A DNA stretch of 64,000 nt, taken from Octopus vulgaris (lineage: Eukaryota). Below are positions 14,528 to 27,802 of the stretch, piece after piece. The notes below the pieces were generated by a model. It was not told the DNA's origin. It made no database searches and saw only the letters and a program-made list of their open reading frames with translations. How positions within the stretch are numbered: position 1 is the first letter of the stretch; each line of letters begins with the position of its first letter. The stretch is from the NCBI GenBank assembly GCA_951406725.2, contig OX597816.1:26226001-26290000 (forward strand), given 5' to 3'. The position numbers and the translations under genes were made by a program.

Positions 14528-14950
14528 ATGAGGTATGCAGCAATATATATCTGGAAGATCCTGGAAGGAATTGTGTCAAATTTTGGCAGTGAAAGCTACG
14601 CCAATTCCAGAACTGGACGACACTGCATAGTGCCAAAGATCCCAGCAATGCCATCACGCTTCAGGACCAGTTACTGCAACAGCCTGGGTTTCAAGGGCCC
14701 ACAGCTTTTTAATATTCTCTCAAAGAGTCTGAGGAACTTGCACAAAGTAGATGTAGCGGTTTGTAAATCAAAACTGAACCTCTTCCTGTCGAGAGTCCCA
14801 GATGAACCTACCTCACGGCAAGAGGTGCAAATGAGGGTAGCTCTATCAAACTCCATTCTTCACCAAGTGCCAATTATTAGAGGAGGCTCTTAGTAATAAC
14901 AGTGTAACAAAATGGCGGTGCATCAGCATGGCCGCAGCACTGAGCTGAAA
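14528..14950 (+). mobile_element. Second, shorter 3' fragment of the LINE at 363-1425
   Basis: RYAAIYIWKILEGIV...SRVPDEPTSRQEV aligns with 993-1293, with the same 3' UTR. Starts right after (CA)n. Confidence 0.9.
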
Positions 14951-14964
14951 CTAGAGAAAAAATA

Positions 14965-15290
14965 CATATATATTATATAAAATCCGTTCTGTCTGTGTGT
15001 GTGTTTTCTAGGATCTTGGGCATCCTCCATCCGATTGCGCTCAAATTTGATACGTAGAAACCGACGTGTCAGGGCGTGTATAAGTCTTGAAAAAATTTTT
15101 AAAAATCGATTCCAGATGAGAATGCGATCGATAAAGCCGTGGGAACATGCATTTGTACGCGCAAGTACATCAGCTGTTGCGATCGATACTCTCTTCGGTT
15201 GCATATTTGTGGGAATAAAATCGTTTTTCTTCGGAATAGAAAAAAAGTCTATCATTATTTCTTCTTTTGCTGGTGTCTCAAATTTAGGTT
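14965..15290 (+). mobile_element. Probable 5' part of a Helitron-like non-autonomous element
   Basis: tatataaaatccgttctgtctgtgtgt...ccgattgcgctcaaatttgatac parallels the 5' layout of the 13311 element. No CTAG terminus seen. Confidence 0.45.
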
Positions 15291-15510
15291 AAATCAGTGT
15301 TTCTCAAAGGGGAGGCCTATGGGACGGTCGAACTCACTACCTCATGATCGTGAGCTTGTTTTCAGACAATTTGGTTTAAATGTTTGACAACTCAGCACCG
15401 TCCATTGGAGAGGGGCGTTTTGCTCGTATATATATATGCATATGTGTGTATATATTTTTTAAGGTAAATATATATATATATACTTATATATATGTATGCT
15501 AAATATTCGT

Positions 15511-15545
<35 letters not shown>

Positions 15546-15731
15546 GTGTGTGTATTCATTATATATATAGGTGTGTGTATATGTATAAGTACATAAATAC
15601 ATACATATAGCCAGGGTACAAGAGCTGTAAGTTCCTTATTAATTCAACAAAATGATCTCTTTTTCCTGGACCTTTGATGGTACATTCACATACACATATG
15701 TACGTATGTATGTATGTATGCATACAAACAT

Positions 15732-15781
<50 letters not shown>

Positions 15782-15901
15782 GAATGTACGTGCTGTATAT
15801 GTATATAGGTATGGACAGACAGGCAAGTAGATAGATAGATAAATAGACAGATAGACAGATTAACAGATGGATGGGTAGATAGACAGATCGATCGATCGAT
15901 C

Positions 15902-15953
<52 letters not shown>

Positions 15954-15954
15954 T

Positions 15955-16025
<71 letters not shown>

Positions 16026-16277
16026 TGCAAACGACTTTCCATACGGTTGAAGAAAATTCATTAACAAACATTGATAGGTTTAAGGCTGTTGCAGAAGGCA
16101 CCTCTTGAATCCGCCGCTAAGAAGGACTGATTCCAAAGTCAGGATATTGCCAAACGAACTTGTGAAACCCATATCTATCTGTAAAGAATAACAACAGCAG
16201 ATAGCTTTTTTTTTCATTATTCTAATTTTCCTTATTAATATAACATTATAAACATAGGGTAACGTATTTTTCAGTTG

Positions 16278-16557
16278 TGAATGACCATGGGACTGCATCT
16301 AGAAAGTTACCCTCCGAAACACAAATCCGGGAAAATTTGTTTATAGAAGACCAGAAGTCGCCCGTGCATACGTGTCTCCCCTCTTTATGCCACTGATGTT
16401 ATCCAAGGGAAAGGCAAAGTCCGATACAGCTTGGCACAAGTGACGTGGCAACACATTTCTACAGCTGAGTGAAATGGAGCACCCGGTCCGGGATTCGAAC
16501 TCATTACCTCATGATCGTGAGCTCGACGCTCTAACCACTGAGTTATGCGCCCTCACA
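16278..16557 (-). mobile_element. tRNA-derived SINE (family B)
   Basis: Minus-strand head gggcgcataactcagtggttagagcgtcg...gagttcgaatccc (A and B boxes) followed by a non-tRNA body. Confidence 0.8.
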
Positions 16558-16894
16558 ATATAAATGTAATTACACACATATCATAAGTTATTCAAGGTTG
16601 TATCAAATAAGTCTAGAATCCTACCTGTAATATAACCTTTGAATAATGCTAAATCCATGTTTAAAGTTACCCAGTTCATGGCATATAAGACGCATCGTTT
16701 ACTTCCCCTATTCGAAAAAAAATGTGTCTAAAAATCTCACCCCAGGTCCTACATTCAAAGCTTTGCTTCCTATGCGCTATTTTTGCGCTGGCGCACAAGA
16801 ATATATGCTAATTTTAATCCAGATATTTCTTCCACTTAGCATGACTCCATAATAATATTTATATAATTGTTATTATAGTCATTTGTATTATAAA

Positions 16895-17411
16895 GGCGGC
16901 GAGCTGATAGAAATAGGTATTTCGTCTGCGGCTACGTTCTGAGTTCAAATTCCACCGAGGTCGACTTTGTCTTTCATCGTTTCGGGGTCGATTAAATAAG
17001 TATCAGTTATGCACTGGGATCGACTTAATCCGTTTGTCTGTCCTTGTTTGTCCTCCCTGTGTTTAGCCCCTTGTGGGTAGTAAAGAAATAGAAATAGGTA
17101 TTTCGTCTGCTGCTACGTTCTGAGTTCAAATTCCGCCGAGGTCGACTTTGCCTTTCATCCTTTCGGGGTCGATTACGCAGTGGGGTCGATATAATCGACT
17201 TAATCCGTTTGTCTGTCCTTGTTTGTCCTCTCAGTGTTTAGCCCCCTGTGGGTAGTAAAGAAATAGAAATAGGTATTTCGTCTGTCTTTACGTTTTGAGT
17301 TTAAATTCCGACGAGGGATCGATAAATTAAGTACCAATTACATACTGGTTCGATCTAATCGACTGGCCGCTTCCCCCAAAACTTCGGGCCTTGTTCCTAG
17401 AGTAGAAAAGA
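16895..17411 (+). mobile_element. Multimeric SINE (family C) with a repeated core resembling the Meta/Sauria-type SINE domain
   Basis: Head ggcggcgagctg; core gttcaaattccgccgaggtcgactttgcctttcatcctttcggggtcgat(aaa)taagtaccag present 2-3 times; tail cctagagtagaaaagaat. Confidence 0.8.
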
Positions 17412-17779
17412 ATATATCTATATAGTTATATGTGTGTGCATGCGTGATGGAGAGTGTCTGTGTCTGTATGTTTGTGCGTATGTATTTTTGTGTGTAAACA
17501 AGGATGTAAGGAAAGAGGTAGACAAGTAGACAAGCAACAATCGAGGAAAGATAATTAGCGATGTCATTTTATATACACTGTTTGTTTACAATAGTGTTAT
17601 AATTCAGAGCTGTATATTTATATAAGTTAGTGCGTATAAAAGTGTGTATTCATGAGTATAGAAATCTAGGTACGTGTTTGTACGTGTAAATGTATATAGG
17701 TGTGAGTGTGAATGTATGTATATATGAATGTGTGTGAGTGAATTCATAAATATATAAGCGTGCGTATGTACAGTTAGAG

Positions 17780-18091
17780 AGACGGAGAGAAACGGTAAAG
17801 AGAGAGAAGGGGGGAGAGAAAGAGAGAAAATGAGAAAGAGAAAGATAGAGAAAGAGGAAGGGAGAAAAATAGAGTGATGCTTTGGTATATAAACAAATAA
17901 AGAAAGATTTTGAACAAAGTGAGTATGAAAGAAATAAAAAGAGAGAGAGGGAAGAGAAAGAAGGAAAGAAAAAAGAGAAGGAAGGAAGGAAGAAAAGAGG
18001 AAGAAGAGAAGGAAGAAAGAAAGATAGAATGAATGAAAGAAAGAAAGAAAGAAGGAAGAAAGAGAGAAAGAAAGAAGAAGAAGAAGAAGAA

Positions 18092-18139
<48 letters not shown>

Positions 18140-18455
18140 GAAGAAAGGGAGGAAGAAAGAAAGAAAGAAAGAAAGGAAGGAAGGAAGAAAGAAAGAAAGA
18201 ATGAATGAATGAAAGAAAGAAAGAAGGAAAGAAAAGAATATAAAAGTAGGAAAAAAAGAAATAGAGAAAAAAAGAAAGAATAGAAAAAGAAAGAAAGAAT
18301 AGAAAAGAAAGAACAGAAAAGAAAACAAAGTAGGAAAGAAAGAAAGAAAAATAGAAAAGAAATAAAGAATAGAAAAGAAAGTAGGAAAGAAAGAAAAAAA
18401 AGATAGAAAAGAATGTAGGAAGGAAATACAGAAAGCGAGAAGAAAGAAAATGAAA
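17780..18455. repeat. Long A/G-rich low-complexity tract
   Basis: Direct reading: (GAAA)n, (GAA)n. Confidence 0.9.
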
Positions 18456-18542
18456 TAGCCAATATGGCTGTATTTGCCAGCCTCCTCCACTCATTTTAGC
18501 TTCTAATATTTTTTGTAGTTAAAATCATTGTAATTACGTAAT

Positions 18543-19122
18543 GCAGCGCGATGGGAGAATCATTAGCACACCCGAACATAATGTTTAGTTGCATTTCGCC
18601 TGTCTAAACGTTCCGAGTTCGAATTCCACCGAGGTCGACTTTGCCTTTCATCCTTTCGGCGTCGATTAAATAAGTACCAGTCGAACACTGGGGTCGATCT
18701 AAACTCTTCTAAATTGCTGGCCTTAGCCAAAATTGCCTAAATTTGAAAAAGTCATATCATTGTAAGAGTAGCGAGCTGGCAGAAATGTTAGCACGCCGGG
18801 CGAAATGCGTAGCCGTATTTCGTCTGCCGCTACGTTCTGAGTTCAAATTCCGCCGAGGTCGATTCGGCCTTTCATTCTTTCGGGGGCGATTAAATAAGTA
18901 CCAGTTACGCACTGGGGTCCATATAGTCGACTTAATCCATTTGTCTGTCCTTGTTTGTCCCCACTGTGTTTATCCCCTTGTGAGTAGTAAAGAAATAGGT
19001 ATTTCGTCTGCCGCTACGTTCTGAGTCCAAATTTCACCGAGGTCGAGTTGCGTACCGGGGTCTATCTAATCGACTGGTCCGGTTCCCTAAAATTTCGGGC
19101 CTTTTTCCTAGAGTAGAAAAGA
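18543..19122 (+). mobile_element. Two adjacent family C SINE copies
   Basis: Same head and core as 16895; heads at ~18545 and ~18770. Confidence 0.8.
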
Positions 19123-19489
19123 ACCGTCAGCAAGTTGGACAAACCGGTTAGCGGCATTTCTTCAAGGGCTGCACGTTATGATTGGAAATTCCTTCGATGT
19201 CAAACTATATTTCCATCCCTTCGGGCTCCTTAAAATAATATAGTTATTGAGCACTGGAGCTTATGCTATCCATTTGTCTCCTGCCCTCAAACCTACTGGC
19301 CATGAACTCTGCAAAGGGTCTGTGATATGTACCATGCACGAAAATCTTCATGTCCCAATTACTTCCTAACTTCATCCGATTGCAAAACAAAGTATTTATA
19401 TATTCAGGCGTTGCGTTCTATCTATCGTGTTTGTTCTGCCAACCCTCTGAGTGAGTGTGTGTGTGTGTTTTGCTTTGGGGTGTGGGATG

Positions 19490-19710
19490 TACGATGGGGT
19501 AGAGAAAATTTCCCAGCTTTAAGGGTGTCGCGAAAGGCCTGGCAGGAGGCAGAACCATCCGAGTTCTTTTACAGGCCCTAGAAAAACTGAAGGACCGCTG
19601 CAATAAGTGTGTGAATCTGAGAGGGGAATATGCTGAATGAAATCATAATTAATTAATTCTCATATATTTTCTGCTACCCGAAGCATGAACCTTTCAGCCC
19701 CACCCCTCCA
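19490..19710 (+). mobile_element. Mariner-derived MITE (copy 1)
   Basis: Encodes a mariner transposase C-terminus (..GLEKLKDRCNKCVNLRGEYAE*). Degenerate TIR cgatggggt..gaaaa. Homologous to 26298-26518. Confidence 0.7.
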
Positions 19711-19739
19711 TATTTGTATAGTTTGTATATATGCAGGTA

Positions 19740-20050
19740 AAGATGCAGGGCTTAGTGATTAAGGTATTTCAATCACTATCGTTAGATTGTGAGTTCAATT
19801 ACCTGTGGCATGTTGTGACCTTGAGCAAGATTCTTTATTTCACGTCCATTCAGCTGGTAAAAATGAGTCGTACATGTATTTCAAAGTGCCAGCCTTGTCA
19901 TGTTCCGTGCCACGCTAAATTTCCTTGAGAACTACATTAAGGCTACGTGCGTCTGAGGACTTCTCAGCCACTTGTACGTTAATTCCACGAGCTCTGTTGT
20001 TCCGTTGATCGAATCAACTGGAATCTTTGTCGTCGTAACAACCGGAGTGC
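19740..20050 (+). mobile_element. Degenerate tRNA/CORE-type SINE
   Basis: A/B-box remnants (cttagtgattaag, gagttcaatt) followed by tgtgaccttgagcaag, a CORE-like motif. Confidence 0.55.
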
Positions 20051-20057
20051 GAGTGTA

Positions 20058-21023
20058 CCGTAAATCCTCGAGTATAATCCGCATTTTTTCCCCAAAATTT
20101 AACGGTCAAATTCCCTAGTGCGTCCTATATACAAGGTTAAAAATGAAAAATATTTTCTAAGCAATGTCCGAGTCTGTATTTGCTGTCCGGCAATGTTTAT
20201 TCAGACGCATTTTGTGATGTCGGGCGCGAAAATACCTTAAACTAAGCCTGAAAGCAAAGAAGTCATAGAAGAATCATCCATAACTTGCAGTAAGCAACAT
20301 TTATTAAAATAAAAGTATTCAGAACACAGAATAACATGTTAAAAAAAGAAAACAATTTGCAAACATATTTACATCCCCATATAACAGTTAAGAACATCAC
20401 CATTATTGTATTCCGCATGCGCGGAAGTGTTTGTTCGACTAGGTCCTGCTGACTTAATTACGCACGAATTGTGTTTAATAGTTTAGCGCTAAATAGTTCA
20501 GCCTGCTGTTTGTATTGGCAGTTTGCATCATTACCGTGGCAAACAATAGATAATTAAATACCAGTATTAAATGTTTGAACTACTGTGGGTCTTTACTAGT
20601 GTTTTTTTTTATATGTGCGACTTAAACCTGTATATCAATCTCCAATAAAACATTTTATACATTACATGCCCATAAAATGTCTCGTAGATCTTAGTCAGCT
20701 ATGTTTAAACTTGAATTTATATCATATGCTGAAGGGCATGGTAATAGGGCCGCCGGAAGAAAATTTGATGTTGACGAAAGCAATGTCAGGTTATGGAGAA
20801 GAAATAAAGATGAAATTAAACATATGCCAAAGATAAAGAAGGCAATAATAAAGGATGTTATCGGATATATTTTTACAAACTAAGGACGTTATATAGAGCT
20901 CCTTGACTCAAGTTAGAGAAGGGTTGCGTATTATACACAAGGTTTAGGTTTTCCAGAGGTACAGCCCCCTAAAAATCACCTGGGTATTATACTCAAGGAC
21001 GGACTATACATGAGGATTTATGG
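20058..21023 (+). mobile_element. Internally deleted pogo-family (POGK-like) DNA transposon
   Basis: TIRs ccgtaaatcctcgagtataatcc / ggactatacatgaggatttatgg with TA flanks. Internal MSRRS*SAMFKLEFISYAEGHGNRAAGRKFDVDESNVRLWRRNK resembles the Brinker-type DNA-binding domain of pogo transposases. No DDE domain. Confidence 0.85.
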
Positions 21024-21181
21024 TAAGTGCATATTCACAAGAGGACTAATGGTAGCATTACCTAAGTGCCTGACAAAATCTGTTGCCGTAATTTAATTAC
21101 GTCCTGTTACTTAAAGCATGCTTATTATCTCTGAGATCGAGTCGATGTATTAGAGCAATCTATATATTCTTGTTACGCAGT

Positions 21182-21976
21182 ACGCAGCCAGGTACTTTTT
21201 GGTTATGTCACTCCCATTTAAAAATCGCCATTAAAAACTGGGTTATCTCCCCACTAAAAAATCGACTTTATGCGGTGACATTGTTGACGTTAGGTTCTTC
21301 AATAGGAATGGTATGATTTGTTATAAAAATGACATTAGATTCAATAGGATGTTTAATCCTTTCACTTTTCATGTTTACTCATTTACTCTTTTACTTGTTT
21401 CAGTCATTTGACTGCGGCCATGTTGGAGCACCACCTTTAGTCGAGCACATCGACCCCAGGACTTATTCTTTGTAAGGCTAGTACTTATTCTATCGGTCTC
21501 TTTTGCCGAACTGCTAGGGTCCGGGGGCGTAAACACACCAGCATCGGTTGTCAAGCGATGTTGTGGGAGGGGGACAAACACAAACACAGAAACATACACA
21601 CACACACACGCACACACACACACATATATATATATATATGTACACACATATATACAACGGGCTTCTTTCAGTTTCCATCTACCAAATCCACTCACAATGA
21701 TTTGGTCGGCCCGAGGCTATAGTAGAAGACGCCCAAGGTACCACGCAGTGGGAATGAACCTGGAACCATGTGGCTGGTAGCAAACTACTTACCACACAGT
21801 CACTCCTGCGCCAGTTTATTAATTTTTTTCATTTCTTTTTCTTTTATTGAGATTAAACAACATTGAGGATTTTAGTTGAGGGAGATAACCAAAAATACCG
21901 ATATTTCTCATTATACAGGGGGAGATAACACAATTTTTTAATAGGGTTGAGATAACCAAAAAGTACCGACAGCCGT
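21182..21976. mobile_element. TIR element (MITE) with subterminal GGTTATCTCC motifs, interrupted by a SINE
   Basis: ggtactttttggttatgtcac mirrored by gagataaccaaaaagtacc. Repeated ggttatctccc / gggagataac motifs occur near both ends. Confidence 0.65.
21375..21812 (-). mobile_element. tRNA/CORE-type SINE with internal microsatellite (family D)
   Basis: Head ggcgcaggagtgactgtgtggtaagtag..ggttcattccc, ccttgggc core, central (TA)/(TG) run, tail gtcaaatgactgaaacaagtaaaagag. Confidence 0.88.
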
Positions 21977-22209
21977 TGTCAATAGAGCGGTAGTCAAAAT
22001 AACGAACCTTTCACTTCTAAGTTAGAATTTTGTCAGGGTCCGTATTGCTTTTCCATTCTCCCAGTATCAAATACTAGAGTCGATTAAATGACTTAGCTCT
22101 CTCAAACTATTTTGATTTAGTTTCTTTTCTTTGGACTTAGTGTAAAAACTCAGGATCTTTGCCTTGTTTATTATTGGCGAAAACTAATATAATACGTTTG
22201 TGTGTGCGT

Positions 22210-22506
22210 GGGAGAGAGAGAACATGAGGGAGAGAGAGAGGGAGAGAGAAAGAGAGAGAGAGATTGAGAGAGAGAGAGACGGGGGAGACAGAGAGAGAGA
22301 GAAAGAGAGAGAGAGAACGGGAGGGAGAGAGAGAGACGGGGGAGACAGAGAGAAAGAGAGAGAGAGAGAGAGAACGGGAGGGAGAGAGAGACGGGGGAGA
22401 CAGAGAGAGAGAGAAAGAGAGAGAGAGAGAACGGGAGAGAGAGAGAGAACGGGAGGGAGAGAGAGAGGAGAGACAGACAGAGAAAGAGAAGTGGGAGAGG
22501 GGGGAC

Positions 22507-22537
<31 letters not shown>

Positions 22538-22564
22538 ACGGGAGGGAGAGAGAGAGGGGGAGAC

Positions 22565-22606
<42 letters not shown>

Positions 22607-22627
22607 GAGAGGGGGAGAGAGACGGGG

Positions 22628-22658
<31 letters not shown>

Positions 22659-22683
22659 GGAGGGAGAGAGAGACGGGGGAGAC

Positions 22684-22728
<45 letters not shown>

Positions 22729-22730
22729 CG
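22210..22730. repeat. Compound (GA)n minisatellite with recurring gaacgggaggg and gacgggggagacaga units
   Basis: Direct reading. Confidence 0.9.
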
Positions 22731-23059
22731 GTGTATGAGTTTGTGCGTGGGATGTATGTCTGCGCGTGTGAATGAATACACGTATGATTCTCTGGATGGA
22801 AGGACGCAATGAATTCGTGTTGTTACATCGACGGGCTTCACTCTAATAAAACAACATTAAAATCTCAATATCTTTTTGTTTATATGTTTGTATGTTTGTT
22901 TTTCGAATCACCGCACCTCGCCGTAAAACGCAGCATCCCGCAACTAAAACTGCACTGGCCGACCGGTCGGTCGACAGCGAACGTTTATATTCATTTTTAA
23001 TGAGATTCTCTCGTTCCACCTCCCCACCTACATCTCTCTCCCCCTTCTCTCGGTCTCTT

Positions 23060-23540
<481 letters not shown>

Positions 23541-23997
23541 TCTATAATTATTCTGTGTACAAGTAAGAAAAACAGTTTGATCGACCAATTTGATGAATGG
23601 TCAATGAGTATATTCTGCCTGGTGCTTTTTTTTTTTGTATTCTCTTTATTTTTTATTTACATTACTTTATTCTTGAAATCGTGTTATTGTAATCGATGTT
23701 TGTATGACAAGCATAATCTAAATAATGGTCGTTATTGATTTGCTACTTTGCCAAACATAAAAACACACTAAACACACGTATAAAGCAGATTTCATTAACT
23801 AGCATTATACAACAGGTATTTATTTTAACCAACTTATTTCCAGAAACGGGATATGAGATTCAAAATGAATTCCCCTAGGATTTGAACTTAGAACGTAACT
23901 AAAAGCCGTAATGCATTTAGACCACCCTCTAACGTTTGTACAAAGCAAGTTCTCCGACTATTTAATTAATTGGGATAATTATTTATAAGGCGAAGGA

Positions 23998-24310
23998 GAC
24001 GAGCTGGCAGAATCGTTTAGCATGCCGGGCAAAATGCATAGCGACATCTCGTTTGCCTTTACGTTCTGAGTTCAAATTCTGCCCAGGTCGACTTTGCCTT
24101 TCATACTTTTGGGCGCAATAAATAAGTACCTGTTGAACAGGTACTTATTTATCGCGCCCAAAAGTATGAAAGGCAAAGTCGACCTGGGCAGAATTTGAAC
24201 TCAGAACGTAAAGGTGAACGAGATGTCGCTATGCATTTTGCCCGGCAAGCTTAACCATTAGAATCGATTTATCCCCTCCCCAAATTGCTGGCCTTGTGCC
24301 AAGATTTGAA
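23998..24310 (+). mobile_element. Family C SINE containing a ~230-bp near-perfect palindrome (24020-24250)
   Basis: Arms mirror around cctgtt-g-aacagg (centre 24135). The normal SINE tail resumes afterwards. Confidence 0.88.
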
Positions 24311-24994
24311 ATCATTATTATTTGTGACATTTCTTCTGTCTCTTTAATTTCTCAGTTCAATCGTTGCCGGGATCAACTTTGCCATTTATCACTCTGGTGT
24401 CGATAAAATAAAATATCTGTAAAGTAATGGGGCTGATGTAATCGTCTTGGCCCTCCCCTCAAAATTACTAGCCTTATGCCAAAATCAGAAACAAATTATT
24501 AAAATGGTTGTTATATATTGTAATTTCTATTACGATTATGATAATTTGGTTCAAAGTATTCCGAGGTAAATTGTACCTGGCATCCCTCCGGGCACGATAA
24601 AATTAGTTACTTGTCATGAACTGGTCGATTTAATCAACTTATCCTAATTATCTTAATTTCAAGCCTTGTGGCTATAAGAGAAAATTATCACGATGTTTTT
24701 TTAGTTATTATTACTCAGGTTACATATCGGCGTGATAGTTAGATCGTCTCTCAAAATACCTTGAGATATTCCTTCTGGCTCTTTATATTTTGAGTTTAGA
24801 TTCCACCGAAGTCAACTTTACATTTCATTTCTCTATTATTCACAAAGAAAAGAGCCAACAAAGTGCAATGAGTCTATATTATATCGACTCCGTCTCGCCA
24901 TTAATATTTGCTAACTTGTACTTTGTGACCGCGTGTGTATCGTTGGCGATTTTTTTCCTCCGTCTTCCCTTCTTTGGATCTTTCCTTTTCCTAT

Positions 24995-25030
24995 GTTTCT
25001 GACGAAGAGCTCCGCTCGAAACGTTAAGTC
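24995..25030 (+). ncRNA. Minimal hammerhead ribozyme motif in a probable PLE terminal-repeat remnant
   Basis: CTGACGA-a-GAGC-tcc-GCTC-GAAAC-GTT with palindromic aacgtt. Degenerate sister copy at 32907-32938. Confidence 0.6.
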
Positions 25031-25872
25031 CTCCTTTCTTTCCTTTCCTGAGCGTCCAATAATACTATACTTGTTCCACGTCCTCGCGTTGTTGTGTTTT
25101 CTCTTTGTGTTTTCATGTTTGGATTAACATTATAATAAATGTGTACTTCTTTTGGCTCTGAATATACTAGATAATCACACTTCAAAGTGAATGAAACTTT
25201 TTTCTCTTTTACCTAGATTAATACAAAATAAGAGATTCTGAACAATTCGAAATTTGATCACCTGGACTACCCTTTGTGGTCAGCTATCTTAGAGGAGACA
25301 ATCTCGTCGAGATTATGTTAAGGCGAGGCGAGTTTGAAATCAAATACTAAAGAAGGTGAATCGAGTACAGACGTTGAATATTTCTTTTTCTTACACACCG
25401 GAAAGATCTTAAAAGCTCTAGTTTTTGGTAACCATGTACAGCGCTACTTTTTATGGAAATATCCGAGCAAGATGGATTACTTTTGCTGCTTTGTGTTTCT
25501 CTTGGCGTCTATAAAGGCTTCTGCATTAACAACCTGATACACTCCAAAACATAAAAATCGGAAATATTTAACAGTAATTCGCAAAGCAGGATATGAAAAT
25601 AGTGATTTCTTTTCTTTTCGTCACGCGACACACATGCAGAATTATTGACATTGTGTAATAAAAAAAAATACGACTTTATTAGTGATAAAAAAAAGAGAGA
25701 GCAAATAGCACACAAGCTTCATCGAACAAAAATACCATTGTATCAGGTGAATCTACTTTTTAATGAGCTATTATTGCTATAGAAAACGAAAATCGGTGAG
25801 TTAACATAAATAAGCTTGGTGTTCTTGAGTTATGTAACCAAAGTGGGCGTTATTCTCCCAATCACATTATTC

Positions 25873-26135
25873 TTTTCTACTCTAGGCACAAGGCTGGAAA
25901 CTTTTGGAGTGGGGGCAGTCGATTAGATCGACCCCAGTACGCAACTGGTGCTTAATTTATCCACCCCGAAAGTATGAAAGGCAAAGTCGACCTCGGCAGA
26001 ATTTAAAGTCAGAACCTAAAGACAGACGAAATACGGCACGGCATTTCTTTATTTCCCACAAGGTGCTAAACATAGAGGGGACAAACAAAGACAGGCAAAG
26101 GGGTTAAGCCGATTACATCTGCCAGCTCGCTGCCT
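25873..26135 (-). mobile_element. Family C SINE, rearranged
   Basis: Reverse complement of the family C core, tail and head. Confidence 0.7.
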
Positions 26136-26297
26136 TCTCCCAACCACATTATTACGGAGCAACAGGGCGGTGAGGTGGTAAAATCGTTATCTCATTCAAC
26201 AAAATGCTTAGCGGAATCTCTTCCAGTTCTTTAGGTTCCCACTTCCGATGTCACCAACATCAACTTTCTTTTTCATCCGTTCAGGTTCGATGTAATA

Positions 26298-26518
26298 AAC
26301 GGTATGGTACTGAAAAGTTCTTGGCTTTAAGGGTTTCACAAAAGGCCTGGCTGGAGGCCCAACCTTCCGAGTTCTTTTACGGGGCTTAGAAAACCTGAAG
26401 GATCATTGCAATAAGTGTGTGAATCTGTGAGGCGAATATATTGAATAAAATCATAATTAACCAATCCCCCTGTATCTTATTTTACGCAAAGACGTGAATT
26501 TTTCAGCACCCCATCGTA
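26298..26518 (+). mobile_element. Mariner-derived MITE (copy 2)
   Basis: Homologous to 19490-19710. Right TIR ttttcagcaccccatcg followed by TA. Confidence 0.7.
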
Positions 26519-26549
26519 CACCTATCCATACACTTCAGACATAGCGTCC

Positions 26550-27370
26550 CCAAAGTCCATTCCCTCCTCACCGTGGTGGGTGCGCTAGCGACGGGTAGTG
26601 TCAGAGCTATGCCGTCGGGAACTTCGCTTCCTGGTAGGGCCACCCAAGGCGGATTGGTCTGACACCAAGTGGTATTAGGGCCACAACCCGGCAGACGGGG
26701 CTCTGGTGAAAATCCTTGGAGTGTCTGTTTCGGCAACCGGCGGCTCCTCGGTCGTTCTGTCCCTGCGTCTGCGGACAACCTGCGGCAAACAGGATGTCTC
26801 TACATGCGGGATTGTTGGGAGACCGCTTGTGAAATCCACATATTCCAACGAAACTTCTTCCATGAATTCTCAATGGCGAATACAATGGCAACATCGGCCT
26901 GCGCCGATGGAACCGTGACTGGCTCGCTATCTCCAGTGAACTGGCACAGGACCGTCGTGCGTGGGCTGCCATGGTTCGAGATGCCTCGAGGGTGGTAGAA
27001 GAAGCCGACTCAACCCACCCGGGATGAATGTCGCCACAAGTACAAGTACAAGTAGTACGTTAGTCATAGTGCTTATACCTAAGTACGAATGGTGTTTGTG
27101 GACAAGGATGTTTGTGACGCTCAAGGTCATGGATTCGTTGTCAAATTCATGTTAGAATACGAGCAGGTAGTCAATGCTGAAGTCGTGAAATGAGAATGTT
27201 GTCGGGGGGATTTCAATGTACTCACAAGTCTATGATGACTATTGAAAACAACGAGATCACTTTAGAACTGTTGCCAGAATGAAAGGAGATGAGATTGTTA
27301 ATGCAAAGTAGGGCACTGCCTTACTGCTTGTGTATTACTAACAACTAGTTTTTTCTTCTTTTCTTGCCTT
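26550..27370 (+). mobile_element. Degraded 5' end of an RTE-clade LINE
   Basis: GC-rich leader with gagctatgccgt...agggccacccaaggcgga, resembling RTE/Bov-B 5' regions. Broken APE motifs follow (ISAY, GDFN, CITN). Confidence 0.55.
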
Positions 27371-27802
27371 CAGGAAAAGCAAATGTAAAGGAAAGAAAGG
27401 AACTGTTGAACAACAGGAGAGACAACGAAAAGTCCTGAAATGTTTCTTCTGCTTTTTAGATTAGTAGATCACACTCATAGGCCTGGGGCTGCGATTCCAG
27501 AAGTATCTTTATCCATACCGCTGGTTATTGCTGCGATGGTAACGGAAAGCCCATTCCAGCTTCATTTATGAACAGGATAAAGTCGAAATGCCTCTTCTGG
27601 TAATAGCACTTCGCGAGAACAAACAGCCGGAGAGATTGTTAGAAGCAGAGAGAGAGAAACAGGCAGACAGACAGACAGACAGATAAAGAGAGAGAAGGTT
27701 CCCAATTAAGACGGTTAATCTCCAATATAAAGCGTGTAAAAATGGTTTTACAGAGGTCAGGATAAAGAACGAGAAACTGATGAACTATTTAAATAATACT
27801 CG

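Noticed and set aside
20676-20883. Host Brinker/POGK-like transcription factor
   Set aside because: Lies inside TIRs with TA duplication, has an early stop and lacks the remaining domains; it is a transposon relic.
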